Shown piece after piece: positions 41,745-53,894 of a stretch of DNA of 64,000 nucleotides. Each line of letters begins with the position of its first letter. The stretch's first letter is position 1. The DNA is from Glaucostegus cemiculus (Eukaryota): NCBI GenBank assembly GCA_976551045.1, contig CDPCPM010000418.1, positions 3,410,001 through 3,474,000 of the forward strand, in the 5' to 3' direction. The notes below the pieces were generated by a model. The model had not been told where the DNA came from and did not search any database. It worked only from the letters and a program-made list of their open reading frames with translations. The position numbers and the translations under genes are program-made.

Positions 41745-42270
41745 TTCATAGGATCATAAATTACATAGCACAGAAGGGAAATATTTGGACTTGCATTTGA
41801 CTTAATCCTTTTTCTCCAAAGACCTGTATTTTTTCCCCTTCAATGGTATATCCAATTCTCTGTTGAATGTTGCTATTGAATCTGTTTCCATCATGTTTTC
41901 AGGCATTCCAGCTTACTGCATATAAATACACTTCCTCATGTCATTTCTGGTTCTTCTGCCAATTCCCTTAATTTGTATATTTTGGTTACTGGCTCTTCTG
42001 CCACTGGAAAATGTTTTCCTTTAACCCTTCATGTTACCTGCATCAAATCTTCCCATAACCTCTTCTTGAAGGAGAACAAACTCCTGTTCTCCATCCGCTT
42101 CATATGAGTTCAGTCCTTCAAATCTGATACCAGCCTAGAAAACCTGTCCATGGAATTAACATTCTTCCCAAAGTGTGCTGTCCAGAATTGAATGCAGTTG
42201 TTCCAGAAGAGGCTTGACTAATATTTTATAAAGATTTAGCATATCTTCCTTGTTTTTGCACACTATTCAT
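41745..42270 (-). mobile_element. CR1-clade LINE 3' end
   Basis: gtccagaattgaatgcag...tttataaagatttagcata reverse CR1 C-terminus and tail. Confidence 0.65.
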
Positions 42271-43282
42271 AAAAATGTGGGACTAGGTATCATTGTATAG
42301 AGCACATGAAAAGGAAAAAAGGAATCTAAAGTAAAACAAAAAGGAAAATGTTGAAAGAAGTAAGTGCATCTAGATTTAAACATTTATCGTATTTCCGTAT
42401 TCCTGATGTGCAGCTTCCATTTTCATTATTAAACAATAATAAATAATAAGAAAAACTAATATGTGTCTCAGAGTATTTTTGAAGTGCTGTCACTTTCAAT
42501 TTAGGGAAAAAACAGCAGATAATATGTGTGAAACGATCCCTCAAAGAAAAAAATTTAAGGTACAAGAAAATTCAGAATCCTTACAATTCTATCTCACGAA
42601 CATTATTTGCAGATCCGAATGCAGACTGGTGTTGCTAAAATGTAGAGAAAAGAGTTTCTGCAGGTAGGGGTTTGGCCTGAGTGGAATGGTCCCTTCCTTG
42701 AAGTGACCAACTCAATGGATATGGTAGAAGCAGGACAATACAGTTTTGCACCTGTTAAGTTGGGCCTGGGAGTACAGTAAACTGAGCAACACTGAGAACT
42801 CACAATAGTGGCCAGTGGCGAAGTGTATATTCAGACTCTGCTGTCTGATGACCAACTCATGTAATTCATGTCAATCATGACATGTTGCAAATGGAATCCT
42901 TCTGAAGAATCAACCAGCATACAGGGTTAATAAGGTCTTCAGAATAGTGACATCATGCTTACTGCCATGGCTCCCTTTCAGAGTTGGAGCCAAAGTCTGA
43001 CCATATTTGCCGTCAAATACCAGTCTGATAAGATAGTAAGGTCATGAACTAGTAAATTCTTTTCTTCTTTCCTGTGCTGATTTCAATCAGCTGAGAGAAA
43101 TTTTGTGGTGTACTTTTCCCTTTTATTGCTTTTAGGTTTTTACCTCACCAAGAAGACTAATAGATATGGCGGAGGAGTTGGTTTGAGGGGATGTGTCAGG
43201 TGAGGAAGGTGGGGGGGGAGCAGAGTGGGAGAGGGGAAGGGTATGCCTTTACTAAAGAAGCAAAGGATGGCAGGTGCTGGAA

Positions 43283-43470
43283 TCTAGATGAAAAACACAA
43301 TGATGCTGGAGGAACTCAGCAGGCTAGGCAGCATCCGTGGAGAAAAGCAGGCGGTCAACGTTTTGAGTCAGGACCCTTCTTCAGGACCCGAAACATTGAC
43401 CACCTGCTTTTCTCCATGAATGCTGCCTGCTCTGCTGAGTTCCTCCACCATCATAGTATTTTTCATCAAG
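43283..43470. repeat. Inverted repeat of two Penelope-type termini
   Basis: gatgctggaggaactcagcagg...gagaaaagcaggcggtcaacg pairs with cattgaccacctgcttttctc...ctgctgagttcctccaccatc. Confidence 0.75.
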
Positions 43471-46400
43471 GGGATGTCTTTAGTCATTATGTTCTGGGCA
43501 CGAGTGTGGTGCAGGCTTGCTGGACCAGATGGCACATTCCAACCTGGTCAGTTTGTCTGTCTATTCACATCCAGCATCCCCATACAGGAGAGTTGTCGTT
43601 GGGCACCTCTTTAGTGGGCGGACTGGAATTGCAGATATAAGGAGAGTGAAAGCAGCACCACCAGAGGGAAACAAGAAAATCATCAGAAAATCGTCTGAAA
43701 CTTTAACTAGAAATGTCCCCATTATTCCTTCTGTTTTCCTTTCAATGGCTAACATTGGGGAAAAATTACAATGGAAAAGAAAATTAACTTGGCCATATAT
43801 TTATCCAAGGATAAAGAAAACCACCAGAAGTGTCAGAACAGCACTCCATTACTGACAGCTAATGAGGGTCCCATCTGGAGTTCACTCCCACAACCTCAGT
43901 GATGATCAACAGACCTAAAACCATCAAGGATTCTTGAGGGTTCCCCTTCCCTAATCTATGGTCAATGAGGTCTTCTGTAGCACCCAGACTAGATCTGAGC
44001 TGTGATTAATAATAGTACACATCGAGAACAAGTCATGCCCTCCCCTGTACCCACACCCACCTTTGGCAGCTACCCCTTCAGTCACCTGCAGCTCACCCTT
44101 TGCAATCCCACCTCCACTTCACTATCTCTTCCTCGTCTTCCTCCAAGATAATCCATAAAACATGATCTTCCTACAAAGCTTTTGTTCACCGTCTAAATGC
44201 TCCTACAATTCCATGTACATTTCCAAAAATTACATCTCCCAGATGTTCTATCAGTGCTGAGAGGACTACGTTAAATAAAAGCCATCATGGTTGCTGAACA
44301 ATTCATTCTAACAACACGACTGAATACCTGGTTCCAGCAGTAATTGATCGTTCAGTAATTAACAACTATTGCATCCTTTTATGAAGTGTCAAAACATCTT
44401 ACTGTGCTTTCCTGGACTGGGACACATACAGGTCGAAGGGTGGACAGGAAATGAAGCAGCAGTTCGAACAGAGGAGATGGATGAAACAGAGGTAATTGGA
44501 AATAGCTTAGGTCAAATGTGCCAAGTCAGTGGAGGATTTAAAGGGTCAACATCCAGAATGTTGCAACTCTGTTCACAGTTCCTTGGCAGCCGAAGGGAGG
44601 ACTAATGGTGCATCAGAAGAACTGAGATTACAAGCTGAGAGATAGATTGAAAGGACTGAGGGGTGGTGAGGCCATGAAGGTATCTGCAGACTAGGATAAG
44701 GATTTTAAAATCAAGGCAGACAAAAAACTTAAGCAGTAAGTGTCTGTCAACAGAGATTTATTGCTTTGCATTTAAATAAAGCCCACACAATTGCAGACAA
44801 CATAGAGCCTTTGTTGGGGTGACAATAGCCAAAGTAAAGAAAGCTTCCCTGCTAAGGCAGTGTAGTAACAGCTTCAGCTGGAGGCACAGCATCATTTACT
44901 AGTTTATGAGGTAATTCAGAAAGGATCAAGTGTGTGCGCGCGCTTGTGTGCGTGAACACACACACGCACACACACACTCAGATGTTGCGTATTTGCAATG
45001 TAAACACCTTCAGCAGGCTTTTGTCTGTTTCACGTTTGACCACTTCACTGTGATCGGAAACATGTCCAGAAACTTCAGCTCATCTGAAACTGGGACCAAG
45101 TTCGATTGCCACTCTCCTACACTTGCACCCAGTTTCACAGCGCCATGATTATAATTGCCTTGAGTTCAAGGATCCATGCAAGTGCTCAGAGTGTGATCTA
45201 ATGAGGTCATAGGGGAGTATGGCTGTCTACTCTGGTTGGACATATTCTTTTAGGTTATTCTGTAGAATCAAACTCTTCCACTACCTCCTCCACCTCAATT
45301 CCAACATAATAAATAAAAATGTTCAAAGGAAGTGTAAAAATGTAATTTTTTCTGATACCTGTTCAGATAGTCCTCCTGGAGAGTTGCACCCTGCAAGGTC
45401 CTGAAGGCCAATCTTTACCCTCTGCAGGAGCTGGGGCATTCTTGAAGGGCTGTGAATCCTGTGTAAAGGAGGGAGGAGACTTTTAGTTATTGGTATTTGC
45501 AGCCAGTACTAGGAGGCACTATAGAACACCTAAATAGAATGAGCAGTTCACAAGCAATAGATCAAATGTAGAGGAAGAGGGAGCAGGAGAAGTATCTTAA
45601 AGAAAACATTCTCAACACCATCAAAAGTTTGACTTCTCTACAGAAGTCATTTAACATTTATCCATAATGAAAGGTGCAATTTTTTAATTATAGTGAAATG
45701 ATTTGGAACTGCCACATACAAAATGCTCCAAAAATAAATAAAAACTATTTTAACATGGATCTCGTGAGGTCTCCCCAGAATTGTTTTCTCTGAAGCATGC
45801 CCCGGACCTTTCCTGAACCAGTCAAGGAAGAGAGAAATTCTGATCAGCGTTGGAGACAGTGGACCATGTAATATGGCTGCACTGTTTATTAGCTGCATTA
45901 TTCATATTAAGTCTGGGAAACAGTTTGAGTGTCACTTTGCAAAATGACTACCTCTCACACGGGAATCCACATGGTCGTCATGTAACCTATTGCGCTACAT
46001 TTGGCATCACAGTTGGGCACATCTTGTCCTCATCTGATGTGCATTTTTGCACACAAACACAACAATACTTCCAGGGTTTTTCTGTAAGCCAACATTACGA
46101 TATAGCTTTTTGGCATAGGAAATCTGACTGAATTTCCCACACCCTATTTTAGGAGCACTGAGACTATTTGCTTAGTTCACCCAGATGAAAGATAGCACAA
46201 TTTCTTAGAAAGAATGTGGACCCTATCTAATTTATGAAGATCTCCACCATACTGGACACTGATCTTACCCATTAGGTTACTGGGGACATTTGCTCATCAT
46301 TTTAAAGCTTTCCTTGTTGCCAAGAGATACCCATCAAGTTCTACATTGATGTAAGTGGTCAAGATTGGATCCGCTAATAGCCCTTACAATTTTCATTCAG

Positions 46401-49400
46401 TGAGATATATAGTGAGCTTGATGAGTTGACTCTAAATAATATAACCAGAAGATAACAGGGCTGAAATTCACCTTGAGCAGGATATTTAAAAAAAACAGGC
46501 AGTGTAATTTTACACACCTGCTATATGTCTAGTCTAATCTTCACTTAAAATGACTTCAATTAACTAATTTTGGACAAGGCAAATAATTCCAACGGATGCA
46601 AGCTCACTCGTTTTTCATTCATGTCTCAAGTCAAATTATAGTTCAAATCATCCCAAAGGGAAACCTTAAAATGGCTAGGAATTGTCACTATTAAATCATA
46701 GAGTTAAAAGCAATCTTTTGCCTGCATGCTGCCCTTTCACCTCTGGGACCCGAAGTCTGAATTCAGCCTAGGGTAACGGGTGACCAAAGTCTCTTTTGTC
46801 TGTTGTGTCTCAGAGGCGTACGGAGCCTCTGAACCGTATCATACGGTCTCTTGGAACCCATGCAACTATGTTCCTTATGCGTTTGCAGCATTATTTGAAC
46901 TCCATGCGGATGAAGGTTGGGAAGGAGCTTTTCTCACTGCTGTTTCCTCACTCTTAGATACAGCACTTTGAGCTCTGCTGCCATCAGAAACTTGGGATAC
47001 AAGGATATTAAGGGGAAAAGGGATTTAAACTTTGCATGTGGTCTGCCAATATGCCATGATACGCACCTATACAACCCGCAAAGTTCATATGCTCGAACGT
47101 CTTATGTATATGGGACCTGCTTTTACAGTCCCAGCCCATACACACAGATAAGCCCCTACTTAACACTAATTGGCACTGCATTAGTATTATTCAGAGAGAT
47201 TGTGAGAACAAGTGAACACAAGGGGCCCAACATTTTACTGGTACAAACAACCTGCTTTCCTCTGTGGCTCGGACCAGTTAAAGCTATAATGCGGGTTGCT
47301 TTGTGCTGTGAACGCTGGGGGTTGCGACTGTCTCAAACTATGCATGTAGGCCCTTCACAGTCGGTAAGGCACAAGGGGGACCTCCGTCACTTTTATCTGG
47401 GGTTGGGCGCAAAGCCAAATCTCAGATCCAGAAAGGACAGTGTCAAATCAATGGGGACACCAAATTACAGAAAAAATGGTGAAAGTAGAGAGAGGCTGAT
47501 GTAATATACCAGTGGCTGAGGGTTTTACCCCAAATTGTGGCAATGATATAGGAAAAGAACACAGCTTGCAGTGAACTCTCCCTCATATATTTCTGTAAAA
47601 GGTGAAATCACAGCATCAACATTGCTTTTTGGAAATTTAAAGGCTGTTTCTTACCTTACTCTTCCTGTGAAAGTAAATAATGAAAACTGTAACAGTTCCC
47701 TTCTATCTTACGGCCTCAGTCCCTAATCTCAAATTTATTTCCTGACGTGCTTTTTTTTCCACTGGAGTAGATGTGTGTCCTGTCCGTTAAGCATGCTCTG
47801 TGATAAGTCAGGCATGTAAACATCAGTTCACAGCAGTAAATGGCTTGTAATGCTCCGGACACTGCCACAAGCACAGCAGGTCAGACGTGGGGCCGTGATG
47901 TCAAGGCAAACACCAAAGAGCTGCCACCCGTTTAGCCTCTTCTGTGCTCGTTATCCTCTTCACTCGTGTGAATCACTCTCCCTCTCTAACCTTCAGGATG
48001 GTTTGTTCCCTTTTTTGCAGGCGCTTAGGTTTCACGACGGCATCGACGTTAACCCTTTAAGGACCATAGGAGCATTCCCGTATCAAAGAAGAACGCCTGG
48101 CAGCAACTGCCAATGACATTCTTTTAGAGGGGTTCAAACAGTGGGGCTCCTCAGCTCCTTTGGTCTTCGCTTACTTCAACCTTCTTCAAGCTTTTAAAAT
48201 CCATCCTCTGCATCAGCTTATCATTACCTCCTGATTTATCTTTCACATATTCTTTTCAGGCGTGGCAACGTCCTGCCCTCTGAACCTTGTCTTTTAATGC
48301 AGGTATTTTCAACAACAACAAAACCCTTTTCAACTTCTTTCACACTGGACAGGATGCAAGATAGACCATTATCTGATAGATGACGTTTCTTTCTTCCCAT
48401 TAGTCTCTAACCCCAACACTCTCTAGAGCAACCTGCCTCTCTTCCTCTGTTTTATCCATTGGTTATGGCCACTGTCTGTCCCAGGTCTTCCATCCAGATG
48501 TCCAGAGTGTGATATTTATAATAGCAGCAGAGCAGATTCAGCAATAACTTTCAAATCAGAATTGCAAATATGATCAGAAACAAAAGCACTTGTCAGGCTG
48601 TGGAAAGAGTAGGGAATTGGTGATAATCGACTCAGTTTTTGAAAGACCGAGTATAGACACGAAGGGCTGAATGTCCTCACTGTGGGCTGGTGTACTGGTA
48701 GGACGGAAAATAATTCAAGAGTCATTTGTGAAACTGCTCATGTTGTTCAGGGGTTTACTGTGCATTTCAGCCTCTTAAAACTGCCCACAGGCCTCTCCCA
48801 AATTGTATCTGAATTGTGAACTTCCAGATTAAAGCACAGTGAGAAAAAAAAAAGGGAATATTGTGCCAATCAGCAGTAAGAGTATTGGGTTGAAGTGGCA
48901 CATAGTTACAGAAGTGAACAGAAATGAATCTAAAAATGTAACTGCATCACATTTTTGTTTTTCCCAATCCTTGAAAACGAAAATCAATGTTTTCCATTGT
49001 GAAAAGACCATGTCCAGATTGCACTCTGGAAATCTGGCTGGGAACTTTTGGTGCAAGTCACTTTCTCCCCCTCCCACCCTCCCCAAGTCCCTGGCCCTGA
49101 TCCTCAACCCCTAACCTTTCTTGGCCCAATTCCTTGGTTCCAACCCACATTCTCATTCCCCCTGAAATCCTGGACCTGACCTCAGCTCTGACATACTGTA
49201 TTTTCAATTATAGAAGTTGCAACATTTGTTCAGTAGTTCACTGACCTTAGGTAGTCCTGAAAATTACATCAGTAGGACCCACCAGCAAATCAATGATTAG
49301 TGACAAGCTTTAGTGACCATCCACAGCACCTATTTGGATAAACTAATTTAAGACTCTGATCTTTCATATTTGATTCAAGTAACACATTCTTTCACATATT

Positions 49401-49428
49401 TGGAAAACTATTTTAAAGATCCACTTAC

Positions 49429-49593
49429 CGAAGAGATTTCTCGGCATGAAAAAAAGCTCCAAATCATAATAAAGAAATCTTCTGTGACTGTGCCTCCTCA
49501 ATATGTCTTAATATTCTCATGATATATTTCAAAATGAAGTCCAAAACATGTGGCCATATACTCAAGATAGCCACTGATAAATTCAGCAAGGAA
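49429..49593 (-). pseudogene. CIROZ: Pseudo-exon of the CIROZ-like gene
   Basis: Acceptor tttcttttccttag| and donor TCG|GTAAGT; reads FLAEFISGYLEYMATCFGLHFEIYHENIK, then a stop or frameshift. Confidence 0.6.
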
Positions 49594-49760
49594 CTAAGGA
49601 AAAGAAATATTTACCCAGAGACTGCACAAAATGCGAAGTGACAGGGTGTGGTTGAAAGTGAGAATTGGGTCAGATTTTCTAATATGGCAGGCATGAATAA
49701 CTAGCAGAGAACAGCAGGGCTGAAAGGAAACACAGGCCACTGCAGATGCTGGAATCAGGA

Positions 49761-49923
49761 TTTACACACAAAACATTGGAGGAACTCAGCAGGTCAGGCA
49801 GCATCTATGGAGGAAAATGCTTAATCTGGTCCAGATGAAGACTATCAACCCAAAACATCGACTGTCCATTTCCCTCCATAGATGCTGCCTGACCTGTTGA
49901 GTTCCTCCAGCATTGTGTGTGTA
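49761..49923. repeat. Inverted repeat of Penelope-type termini
   Basis: ggaggaactcagcaggtcaggcagcatctatggagg pairs with cctccatagatgctgcctgacctgttgagttcctcc. Confidence 0.75.
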
Positions 49924-50489
49924 GCTGGGCTGAATGGTCTGTTTCCTGTAATCAGGTTCAACAATCAATTCACATATTAAAACGCAGGCTCAAAACATCA
50001 GTTCATTAGATATGGGTTTTCAGTTCCAAATATAGTCATCTACTGTTCCCAACTATAGTAGGGATCACATGATTGAGAGTGAAGGAACAGTGAGGTAGGC
50101 AGAGGTAAAAGCTGAACTCATTACAACAAGAAAAATGGAAGCATGGGAAAATGGGAGGGGAAGGGGTTAGGAGGGAATTAACAGGTGCACTTCAGTCAGA
50201 CCTCATGCTCAATGATTCCACAGCACATGGTGAGGCTTAAGTTCCTTCTAAGGCATAAATTGGGTTTGGTTCTGTTTTCCAATGAGTTTGATCCTATCAG
50301 CTAGTATTGGAATAGCAGTTCAGTCACTAAAATTGGCCTCAATGCCTGGTCTCCACTCGAAGGACACAACTGATTAAAGACACTCAGGCTCAACTCAAGG
50401 TCAAAATTCTGTTGCCCAGATCCTAACTTGGATTGAATCCCTTACACCTAACCCTGGCCTATATTGGCTCCCAATCTAGCAATGGTTTC

Positions 50490-50880
50490 ATTGTAAAGTT
50501 CTCTTCCTTACCTTCAACTCTCTAATTGGCCTTGCCCCTCCAAGTCTCTGTAACCTCCTTCAGGTCCTACAACTCTCCAGAGATCTGTGTGTTCCTGGGA
50601 TTCTAGCCTCTTGCACATCCCCCCATTCCTGTAGCTCTTCCAATAGGAACTGTGCTTTTAACTGCCTAAACACTAAGCTCTTGAATTCCATCCCTAAATC
50701 CTACTTTATCTCTGCCTACATCTTCCTTTAGGACGCTCCTCAAAACCTACCTCTTTAATCAAGCTTTTGGTTGCCAGTCCTAATATGTGTCTCAGCTGTC
50801 AGATTTTGTTTGGTAATTGCTGCTGTGAAGGACCTTAGGATGGTTTGTTATGTTAAAGAAAAATCAAAAATTGCAAGTTT
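50490..50880 (+). mobile_element. L2 LINE 3' end
   Basis: ggccttgcccctcc...ctcctcaaaacctacctcttt...caagcttttgg L2 C-terminus and tail. Confidence 0.7.
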
Positions 50881-51974
50881 TTTTTTAATGCCTTTCAGAG
50901 CTGAATGTTCTCTGACCACTCATCATCCAGGAAACATATGGTCTGAGATCTCTAAAGGGAATAAACAGCAGTAAAATTTTGCCTAGCACCATTCAATGGC
51001 TGCAGAAGAGAAAAAGGAGTTAGAGAGATTTTTAAAAAGTTAGATAAATGACTAAATAAGCCATTAAAAGTACTGAATAAATAAATAGGCTAGAACAAGT
51101 TTTTTTAATTCATCTCCAGCCTGTCAGTTTATGAGTTGGATAGCAAGATGGAAAATGTTGAGATTGTTAAAAAGGCCATCACAGAACATTGAAATAATAA
51201 TGTAATAGCTCCTTAAAAACTAATGCAAATTAATGCCTCCTCTTTAATATTTATGAATTGTAACCTTGCTTTGACCCAGACATTCAGCTGATTATCAGAG
51301 TGCTTCATATGAATAAACATTATGGCTAAAAAAAAGGAGAGGTCACTCACCTTTAAACTTGATGACCTCAGATAAGGTGCTGGCCTCCTTAAAGACATCA
51401 CTACACTCTGCGAGAAAATGTATGGCAGGCAATTTATTGTCCATATCTGCCAAACACTGCAACGCAATAATGCCTTTCTCACTGGTATCGATGATGTGTG
51501 TTGTTAACACAATGGAAATGATCTATTGTTAATCTGACAATTATCTCCTCCTCCACTCTCTACATATGCCAGACATCCCTTGATTTGTTCTGTGCACAGG
51601 GCAGTTCCTTCTCTCCATACCTTATCAAAATTTTATCCTCACTTGTCTTCATAGCAGAGGACAGTACTTTGCCTATCCTGTCTATGCTGACTCTTTGACA
51701 GAATTATTCTGTTTTGTACCATAACCTTCCTCTTTCTCCATAGCCCTACAAATTTCACAAATTTAATTCCGTCCAGAAAGTTACTGTCAAATTTTCCTCC
51801 TTCTCCCTTTATGGGAATACATTTCGGATGGTGTGGGAGTGGGGGATCACAATAACATCGTGTAGCATTTTTGTTAAAGAAAGATACCCTTGATCTAAAG
51901 TAAAGAGCTGGCCTCCCTAAAGACATTGTTATATTGTACAGGAAAATGTTTGACAGGTCATTTATTGTCCATAC

Positions 51975-52512
51975 CTTTTAAAAATTCATTTACAGGGTGG
52001 GGGTATCACTGGCAAGGTCAGCAGTTTTACGCATCCGTAAGGTGTTGAGAGACTGACACCCGAGCCACCTTCTTAAACCACTGAGGTCCTGCTGGAGAAT
52101 GTACTCCTACAATGGTGTGGGTTGAGGAATTCCAAAATTTAGACCCAGTGGCAATGAAAAAAACCCACCATGTACATTCAAGTCAGGACAATGCGCAGCT
52201 TGGGGAACCTGCAGGCAATGTTATTCCCATGTGCCTTGTCCTCCCTAGTGGTCGATTTTGCTGGTTTGGGAAGAGCTGTCAAAGAAGCCTTGGCGGATTC
52301 CTACGGTGCTTTTTGTGGATGGTGCACACTGCAGGCATGCAGCCCATGATGTGAGTCAATGTTTATCAAATGTTTTTACATCCTCCCCAGTTGTTTTAGC
52401 AATCATCTTCAAGAAGGCAGCTCACCACCACCTTCTCAAAGGCAACTCAAGATGGGCTATTAAATGTTGGCTCAGCCTGCAAAGCCCACATCCCTTGAAC
52501 GAATATAAAAAA
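51975..52512. mobile_element. Two oppositely oriented LINE 3' ends inside the pseudogene
   Basis: Minus copy at about 51975-52355 and plus copy at about 52405-52512, same family as 6870-7335. Confidence 0.65.
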
Positions 52513-53894
52513 ATCTGTTGCTTTGGTGTGCAATCCTCCTGCCGCTGGAACTACTCTCTCTCCATTTTCTCTTATCGAATCTCTCTTAATTTGAACCCAA
52601 CTAAACCTACCCTTTACCATTTTTGCTGCAAGAAGAACAATTCCACTTCCAGACCAAAAGGTGATATCCCATACTGACTGTCCTCCCACTTCATGCTTGG
52701 CATGTGAATCAGTTAGTAGGCTATTCCTTCACATTGGGAATGTTGCCTTAACTTCCACTAGGAAACAGAAGTCCTGGCTGAATTTCAAACTCAGACTAAC
52801 CTAGCAATGTGCACTCTAGCTCCATCACCATCCTGGTTATAGGGTAAAGTAATTCAGTGTAACCGGCAGGTGTATCAAAAAAGGGGGCAAGTGACTTTCT
52901 AGAAATCAATACCACTGAAAGTTGAATAGAGTACAAGGATCGCTCAACACCACACTGCTCCAGTGGGAAGATTCAGAGAACTTCCTTCTTCTGTGAAACT
53001 TCACCATTTAGAGATAGCTTTGTAGCACAGCAAGAATATCAGTTCTCTCTCACTGTGTTTCTGCATATCAATTTTTCTTTAAATAAAGTATCACCGCCTC
53101 CAAACCTCAGTCAACGGGGGAGGAGGCAACACTATCATTTGATTCAGGAGCTTTGACAGTTATCAGGACAGACTGCATAAATTTAGTGTGCACTTGAAAG
53201 ATTAAAGGGTAGATTAATCAAAGTTTGAAAATGGTGAAGGGATTTGATAGGTTATATTGGAACAAACAATTTCTTCCAGTGAGAAATTAAGAATAAGGCA
53301 GCACCATCTTATATAAGTGCTCAGCAAATCAGGCAGCATCTGAAGAGGAAGAAACAGATCAACAGTTCTGATAAAAAGCCATCAAGCAAATACATTAACT
53401 GTTTCTTCCTCCATAGATCCTATCTGATCTGTTGAATATTTCCAGGCATTTTCTCGTTTTATTTCAGATTTTCAGTACCTATGTTATTTTGGCTTTAGTG
53501 CATTACCTTAAAACTAGAAATTAAATTAACTGACTTATAAAAAGCAGTAGAAATCTAGAGTTCACTCTTTGAATTGGAGCTCTTGTGACTGAGGTAGGTT
53601 TATTTTGGTTTGCCTCCCCCATTTGATGAGCAGGAGTAGGGGAAGAACACAGGGATGGAGTTCATGGGAAATGAAATTCATGTTATTCTCATCAAGGAAA
53701 TACTCTGCTCAGAGCTTCAGTACGCAGCAACATGATTATCTCCCAGCTTTAATTCCACGTTTCTCTACATCTGTTAGTAGGGCTTTAAGGGCAGGGAAAT
53801 ATACAAATTCAGGATGCCCCCACTCTGGGCACCCTCAGGATATCCCAACCACCTGTTTATCAATGAATACTTTTCTAGTATACTCATTTATGTA

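Larger units (their letters stand above)
45680..53100 (-). pseudogene. CIROZ: Decayed multi-exon gene resembling C1orf127/CIROZ (ZP-N domains plus S/T/P-rich tail)
   Basis: Collinear minus-strand motifs versus recalled human C1orf127: SERELIFLLCYKA/SDGDFLFQVQYSA (53016-53054); FGLEVELFFLQQK/YRLEIRIFQK (near 52640); RPALYFRSRV/CPMLRSRL (near 51900); YLEYMATCFGLHFEI/SLEDASLMGLYVDM (exon 49429-49593); VIAESALLLL*ISHSGH/VLNTSAELLPLWLVSGH (near 48520); LGLETNGKKETSSIR/LGLVKRGSYIEETLSLR (near 48400); KGFVVV-frameshift-KIPA/KDFVVVSIPA (48298-48328); QAF..LLWSLKG*RRC/QAF..VLWTVESFFQC (48040-48099). Many stops and frameshifts; splice donors kept at 51350 (AAG|GTGAGT) and 49428 (TCG|GTAAGT). Confidence 0.7.

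Noticed and set aside
46917-47504. 195-aa plus-strand ORF as a gene or endogenous viral element
   Set aside because: Non-ATG start and no recognisable motif; it is antisense to the decayed S/T/P-rich frame.
49495-49505. In-frame TGA as selenocysteine
   Set aside because: No SECIS element seen; many other stops and frameshifts indicate decay.
51351-51522. ALQ..NK..F..SDV spacing resembling PARPBP
   Set aside because: Neighbouring segments do not continue the match, whereas the CIROZ-like motifs are multiple and collinear.
51820-51865. DVIVIPHSHT resembling the alpha-mannosidase metal-binding motif
   Set aside because: Lacks the following D-x-G-W and the frame stops soon after.
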